Part shown: positions 59,408 to 64,000 of the stretch, in pieces
How the letters are laid out: each line of letters begins with the position of its first letter
Position numbering within the stretch: the stretch's first letter is position 1
Assembly: GCA_047285535.1 (NCBI GenBank)
Contig: JBJBDC010000001.1
Location: 2,496,136 to 2,560,135 of the forward strand
DNA from: Synechococcus sp.
GTDB taxonomy: Bacteria > Cyanobacteriota > Cyanobacteriia > PCC-6307 > Cyanobiaceae
DNA: 64,000 nt
Reading direction: 5' to 3'
Translations under genes and position numbers: made by a program
Notes under the pieces: generated by a model
What the model was told of the DNA's origin: nothing
The model's input: the letters and a program-made list of their open reading frames with translations, nothing else
Database searches by the model: none

Positions 59408-60766
59408 ATGCATCGCTTCCCGTACCCTCAAGCTATTGATACCACCCCTTTTCGGGAAGAGGATCCCAATATCGCTCTATACGGGTTGCCGCTCGATGTT
59501 CGGTTTTGCAAGTCTTGCGTTATTAGCAACCAGCGACCATCTAGTACTGCTGAGTTCAAAAATGATGGGAAGGTTCCTAAGCAAGCCATTCATTTGGACG
59601 ATCAAAATATTTGCGATGCTTGCCGGGTTAAAGAGCAGAAGTCTGCGATCGACTGGGATGCGCGCCAACAGGAGCTTCGCGAGCTGTGCGATCGCCATCG
59701 TCGAACCGATGGCCGCTATGACTGCTTAGTGCCTGGTAGTGGTGGTAAAGACAGTTTTATACAAGCGCACTTTCTTAAATACAAATATGGCATGCATCCT
59801 CTGACCTGCACTTGGGCACCGCATATCTACACCGATTGGGGATGGAAGAATCATCAGGCTTGGATTCATGCTGGATTCGACAATGTTCTCTTTACCCCCA
59901 ATGGTCGCGTTCACCGCCTCATTACCCGGCTGGCCGTTGAAAATTTATTTCATCCGTTCCAGCCATTTATCCTTGGCCAAAAAAACCTGGCCCCGAAGAT
60001 TGCTGCCCAATATAATATCCCATTGATTTTTTACGGTGAAAATGAAGCTGAATACGGCAATCCTAAGGCAGATATGAGTTCAGCCAGGCGTAGTTGGGAT
60101 TACTTTGCATCGTCCAGTCAAGATGAGGTCTTTCTTGGTGGTGCATCGCTTTCAACTCTTCGAGAGCTTGGTATGGAGCCAATTGATTGGGATCCCTATA
60201 TGCCCATTAATCCTCAACAGATTGAAGACAAAAATATTGAAGTTCACTATCTCGGGTATTACGAGAAGTGGCATCCTCAAAGCGCTTACTACTATGCTGT
60301 TGATCATGGCGGTTTCCAAAGCGCGCCAGAGCGAACTGCAGGCACTTACAGCACATATAACTCTATCGATGATCGAATTGACGACTTCCATTATCATACG
60401 ACCTGGATAAAGTTTGGAATCGGAAGGGCGACTTATGACGCTGCTCAAGAGATTCGCTCTGGTGATATCACACGCGAAGAAGGAATCGCACTTGTTCGTA
60501 AATATGATGGCGAATTCCCCCAGCGTTGGGCTGATGAGATCTTCAAATATCTGAGTCTGCCCTTAAATCAGTTTCCAATAGCCTCTGAGGCTTTTGAACA
60601 GCCAATTTTTGACCGAACTTATTACGATTTACTGTCCGATCGTTTCCGCTCCCCTCACCTTTGGAAATTTTCTGATGAATTTGGATGGAGGCTTCGGCAT
60701 CGGGTTTTTGATGAAGAGCATTTTGGGCAAGAACTTTCTGCTTCTTCTTGGCAAGGTAATCCATAA
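59408..60766 (+). CDS. N-acetyl sugar amidotransferase (WbuX/WbpG/PseA/PtmG family)
   Basis: CKSC..SNQRP, CDAC, PP-loop VPGSGGKDS, YGENEAEYG, KFGIGRAT.DAAQEIR.G.ITREE. Confidence 0.9.
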   Translation: MHRFPYPQAIDTTPFREEDPNIALYGLPLDVRFCKSCVISNQRPSSTAEFKNDGKVPKQAIHLDDQNICDACRVKEQKSAIDWDARQQELRELCDRHRRTDGRYDCLVPGSGGKDSFIQAHFLKYKYGMHPLTCTWAPHIYTDWGWKNHQAWIHAGFDNVLFTPNGRVHRLITRLAVENLFHPFQPFILGQKNLAPKIAAQYNIPLIFYGENEAEYGNPKADMSSARRSWDYFASSSQDEVFLGGASLSTLRELGMEPIDWDPYMPINPQQIEDKNIEVHYLGYYEKWHPQSAYYYAVDHGGFQSAPERTAGTYSTYNSIDDRIDDFHYHTTWIKFGIGRATYDAAQEIRSGDITREEGIALVRKYDGEFPQRWADEIFKYLSLPLNQFPIASEAFEQPIFDRTYYDLLSDRFRSPHLWKFSDEFGWRLRHRVFDEEHFGQELSASSWQGNP

Positions 60767-60775
60767 CGTGAAAAG

Positions 60776-62278
60776 ATGGCACTTTGTAAGCGTTTAATTG
60801 CCCGTCTAGATATCAAGGGAAGTCGTCTGATCAAGGGCGTTCGCTTTGAAGGATTGAGAGTTGTTGGCGACCCTTGGGATGCTGCCCTGCGGTATGCAAA
60901 TGCTGGTGCTGATGAGTTGCTTTATATCGATGCTGTTGCCAGCTTATTTGGCCGGAATAGCCTCTCGGACCTCCTTCGGCATACCAGTCGTGAGGTTTTC
61001 ATCCCGATCACGGCAGGCGGTGGAGTTCGTTCTGTTGAAGACGCTGCAGCTCTCCTAGCCGCCGGTGCGGACAAGATTGCTGTAAACACCGCCGCTCTTG
61101 AGCGTCCGGAGTTGATCACAGAGTTGGCTCAGGCATTTGGTAGCCAGTGTGTGGTTGCCTCGATTCAGGCACGTTGTACAGCTCCCGGGGTTTGGGAGGC
61201 GATGAAAGAAGCAGGTCGTGAACGGACTGGCCGTGATGTGGGTGATTGGATTGAATATCTCGACAAACTTGGGGCTGGCGAGCTTTTGCTTACTTCTGTG
61301 GATCAGGACGGCACCTGTAGTGGGCCAGATGAAGATTTGATAACAATGGCGTCCTCTAAGGCTTGTCTGCCACTGGTTGTTGGGGGTGGTTTTGCAGCTG
61401 TTGATCAGCTCATTAATGTATTGAAGCAGCCGAATGTTTCAGCTGTCAGCTTGGGGGCGGCGCTTCACCATCGTCGATTGGATCTGGTGACCGTTAAGCA
61501 TGAGATGACAGGTTCATCAAAAAATATCCCTCTACGCTTACTCCCTAAAGTTGAGTCTCGAGCCTCGGGTTTTGCCGGGTCAGTTGAAGATTATTCTCTT
61601 GCTGGTTTACGTATTGGCATCATTGATTATGGGATGGGCAATCAGCAGAGCCTGATTAATGCATTGAAATATCTCGGTGCTGAGATCTTGCTGAGTGATG
61701 AACCCAATCAGCTGTGCTCGTCTGATCTATTGGCTTTGCCTGGGGTTGGGTCTTTCCCCAACGGAATTTCTGCACTGCGAACGCGTGGTTTGGATGGCTG
61801 GTTATGCAATGAGTGGGTGGCTTCAGAAAAACCTTTGCTTGGTATCTGTTTGGGAATGCAAATGTTGTTCGAAACTAGTCAGGAATTTGGCCAGAATTCA
61901 GGGCTGTCTCTGCTGTCAGGACATGTGAAATCCTTATTGGATCATAATGTTGAGGTGAAATCAATGATATTGCCCCATCTGGGTTGGAACCGACTGCTTG
62001 AAGGGCCCGCCATGCCAAATAATAGATCTTTTGAGTTCATGAATCAATATTTTGTACATAGTTATGTGGCAACCAATGTTAACCCTGCTGATGTGATGTT
62101 TTACTGCAAGTACTATCATAAACCCTTTGTTGCTGCAATCCGAAAAGGTGCTGTTGCCGGTTTCCAGTTCCACCCAGAACGTAGTGGATTAGATGGCCTG
62201 AAATTGTTGGCATGTATTTGCCGAGATTTGATCTCTACGGCGGATAACACCAAAGACTTATTACCTCATGACTTTTGA
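60776..62278 (+). CDS. HisF-like barrel fused to a HisH-like glutaminase (glycan-associated HisF2-HisH2)
   Basis: N-terminal IARLDIK, GADEL, GGGVRS, GADKIAVNT, TSVDQDG; C-terminal (from about 61607) IDYGMGN, LPGVGSF, GICLGMQ, YFVHSY, QFHPERS. Confidence 0.92.
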   Translation: MALCKRLIARLDIKGSRLIKGVRFEGLRVVGDPWDAALRYANAGADELLYIDAVASLFGRNSLSDLLRHTSREVFIPITAGGGVRSVEDAAALLAAGADKIAVNTAALERPELITELAQAFGSQCVVASIQARCTAPGVWEAMKEAGRERTGRDVGDWIEYLDKLGAGELLLTSVDQDGTCSGPDEDLITMASSKACLPLVVGGGFAAVDQLINVLKQPNVSAVSLGAALHHRRLDLVTVKHEMTGSSKNIPLRLLPKVESRASGFAGSVEDYSLAGLRIGIIDYGMGNQQSLINALKYLGAEILLSDEPNQLCSSDLLALPGVGSFPNGISALRTRGLDGWLCNEWVASEKPLLGICLGMQMLFETSQEFGQNSGLSLLSGHVKSLLDHNVEVKSMILPHLGWNRLLEGPAMPNNRSFEFMNQYFVHSYVATNVNPADVMFYCKYYHKPFVAAIRKGAVAGFQFHPERSGLDGLKLLACICRDLISTADNTKDLLPHDF

Positions 62279-63323
62279 TATCCCCAATTTTTTTGTGCAT
62301 CCAGATCTTTCACTGCGGATGGCCATGAAGGTGATTGATCAAGGCGCTGCTCAAATTGCTTTGGTGGTAGACGAGCATCAGCGTCTGCTTGGAACCCTGA
62401 CCGATGGCGACATCCGTCGTGCCCTTCTTCATGGTGAAACACTCGAGGCCCCGGTTGAACGGCTGATGAACCGGAGGTTTCGCAGTGTTCAAAGTAGCGA
62501 CGATCAGGGTTTGGTTCTGGAGATGATGCGCCGAGAGGTGTTGCGACAGATTCCTGTGTTGGATGAGCAGGGTCGGGTAGTGAATTTGTTGTTGTTGCAG
62601 GAGCTACTGAATCCTCATCAGCTACGTAATGCTGTAGTAATAATGGCCGGCGGAAAAGGCACCCGCCTGCGGCCTCATACAGAAAATTGTCCCAAGCCGA
62701 TGTTGCCAGTAGGTGATCAGCCGATGCTGGAGATCTTGTTAGAGCAATGTATCGCCAATGGCTTCCGGACATTTTATTTCTCAGTAAATTATCTGAAGGA
62801 GCAGATTATTGATCACTTCAATGATGGGTCTAGCTGGGGAGTGTCGATTCAGTATTTGGTTGAGGAGGAACCACTGGGAACAGCCGGATCTTTGCAGTTG
62901 CTGCCTGATTCGCTTAAAGAGCCCTTTCTTGTACTCAATGGTGATGTGCTGACGCGTTTCGAGCCCAGACATCTTTTACACTTTCACGCCGATCATAAGG
63001 CCCAGGCAACGCTTTGTGTACGCGATCATGAGTTCACAGTGCCTTTTGGTGTGGTGCAGACCAAGGGTGTAGATCTAGCCGGTTTTCAGGAGAAACCAAC
63101 TTACCGGCATCAGGTGAATGCGGGGGTCTATGTGATTGCCCCAAAGCTTTTACCGCTTTTACCCCCCCATCAATTCACCGATATGCCCAGCTTGCTTCAA
63201 TCTGCCCAACAGGCTGGACACCGGGTAGCGGTTTGTCCGATTCATGAATATTGGTTGGATGTGGGACGGCCGGAAAACTTGGAGCAGGCTCACGCCACTT
63301 GGGGGCAGAAAATTGAATCTTAA
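62268..63323 (+). CDS. CBS-domain sugar-phosphate nucleotidyltransferase (LegX/PtmE-like)
   Basis: GTLTDGDIRR CBS pair, MAGGKGTRL.P.T..PKPM, PLGTAG, NGD, EKP, WLDVG. Confidence 0.9.
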   Translation: MTFDIPNFFVHPDLSLRMAMKVIDQGAAQIALVVDEHQRLLGTLTDGDIRRALLHGETLEAPVERLMNRRFRSVQSSDDQGLVLEMMRREVLRQIPVLDEQGRVVNLLLLQELLNPHQLRNAVVIMAGGKGTRLRPHTENCPKPMLPVGDQPMLEILLEQCIANGFRTFYFSVNYLKEQIIDHFNDGSSWGVSIQYLVEEEPLGTAGSLQLLPDSLKEPFLVLNGDVLTRFEPRHLLHFHADHKAQATLCVRDHEFTVPFGVVQTKGVDLAGFQEKPTYRHQVNAGVYVIAPKLLPLLPPHQFTDMPSLLQSAQQAGHRVAVCPIHEYWLDVGRPENLEQAHATWGQKIES

Positions 63324-64000
63324 AGTGCAAAATTGCTATTCTCCACACCGCATCTTGATTTGCGGGTTAGGAAGCATTGGAAGACGTCATGCCCGTATCC
63401 TGCATCAGAAGTTTCCAGATATTAAGATTTCAGTATGGCGATCAGGGCATGGCGCTGCATGTCCTGAATTATCACTAATGAGTCATCAATTCTCTGACTT
63501 AGATACAGCTATTTCATGGATGCCTGACGCGGCAGTTATCTCCAGCCCAGCCCCATTTCATCAACATCAAGCACTATCTCTGACAAGACAAAAAATACCG
63601 GTTCTCATTGAGAAGCCCGTGGGCATTGGTAGTGACCCGCAAGCAGGATGGGACGAGCTGCTGAGGAATTCAAGAAGAGTTCCTGTTGTTATTGGCTACG
63701 TTCTTCGGCATGATCCTTGCGCCTCTTATATTAAGAAGGTGCTTGGGAGTCAAGAATTTGGCAAAGTCTTGGAGGCAGACTTTTATTGTGGATCTTGGTT
63801 GCCAGATTGGCGCCCAACTTCAAATTATAGAGAATGCGTCTCTAGTCGACGATCTTTAGGTGGTGGAGCTTTGAGTGAGCTTAGCCACGAACTTGATCTG
63901 GCTCGCTGGTTTCTAGGCGACGTTGACATCGCTTTTGCTTCCTTAGGCCAATCCAGTCTTCTTGATATTGACGTTGAAGATCAAGTGCTTCTTGTGGGGT
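63313..64000 (+). CDS. Gfo/Idh/MocA oxidoreductase (PtmF-like), 3' end outside window
   Basis: Not in the ORF track because it has no stop in the window; reads ICGLGSIGRRH, SSPAPFH, IEKP, GYVLRH, WLPDWRP, GGGALSELSHELD, DVED. Confidence 0.88.
   Translation, partial: MNLKVQNCYSPHRILICGLGSIGRRHARILHQKFPDIKISVWRSGHGAACPELSLMSHQFSDLDTAISWMPDAAVISSPAPFHQHQALSLTRQKIPVLIEKPVGIGSDPQAGWDELLRNSRRVPVVIGYVLRHDPCASYIKKVLGSQEFGKVLEADFYCGSWLPDWRPTSNYRECVSSRRSLGGGALSELSHELDLARWFLGDVDIAFASLGQSSLLDIDVEDQVLLVG

Noticed and set aside
24994..63168. Homopolymer runs as phase-variation switches (C7 at 24994, T8 at 29891, A8 at 47385, C7 at 63162)
   Set aside because: Short, genes are in frame, and such runs are expected at this composition.
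1..64000. CRISPR array, tRNA/rRNA, integrase/transposase, or DGR (reverse transcriptase with TR/VR repeats) as the source of variability
   Set aside because: None recognised. No long near-identical repeats were seen, and the bias is gain of A on one strand rather than DGR-type A-to-N change. A by-eye scan could miss short or degenerate elements.

Overview
This window is almost entirely cell-surface glycan (LPS/O-antigen/EPS) biosynthesis DNA. It is probably from a marine picocyanobacterium such as Synechococcus, inferred from the GC-rich pcrA - tRNA nucleotidyltransferase - FAD-oxidoreductase/SelD trio at 31.4-37.3 kb. That core trio separates two glycan islands. The left island (1-31.4 kb) is mostly AT-rich and minus-strand. 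It holds about 18 glycosyltransferase-type genes (GT4, GT2, GT11, GT32, CgeB-like), a WbaP/WcaJ-type initiating transferase, two Wzy/WaaL-like membrane proteins, AsnB, an ABC flippase, an SDR, a gmd-like gene and an eroded FkbM-type methyltransferase relic. The right island (37.7-64 kb) is all plus-strand. It carries wbpD-wbpE-(wbpA pseudogene)-wbpI-wbpB, a second ABC flippase and a CDP-sugar module (rfbF, rfbG, rfbC-like, C-methyltransferase, aminotransferase, CmcI-type O-methyltransferase) split by an MBOAT/SGNH acylation cassette. It ends with oxidoreductases, a WbuX-type amidotransferase, a HisF-HisH fusion in reversed domain order and the start of a legionaminic-acid-type module. The most notable observations are (1) a strong strand-polarised T(+)/A(-) bias that reshapes proteins and erases genes in the left island, (2) a heavily decayed wbpA among intact wbpB/D/E/I, (3) the cyclase-first HisF-HisH fusion, (4) a predicted kansosamine-like branched amino-sugar pathway and (5) GC breakpoints inside genes that suggest cassette swapping. 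No rRNA, tRNA, CRISPR array or intact mobile element was recognised. All calls are from motif recognition by eye; no searches were run.
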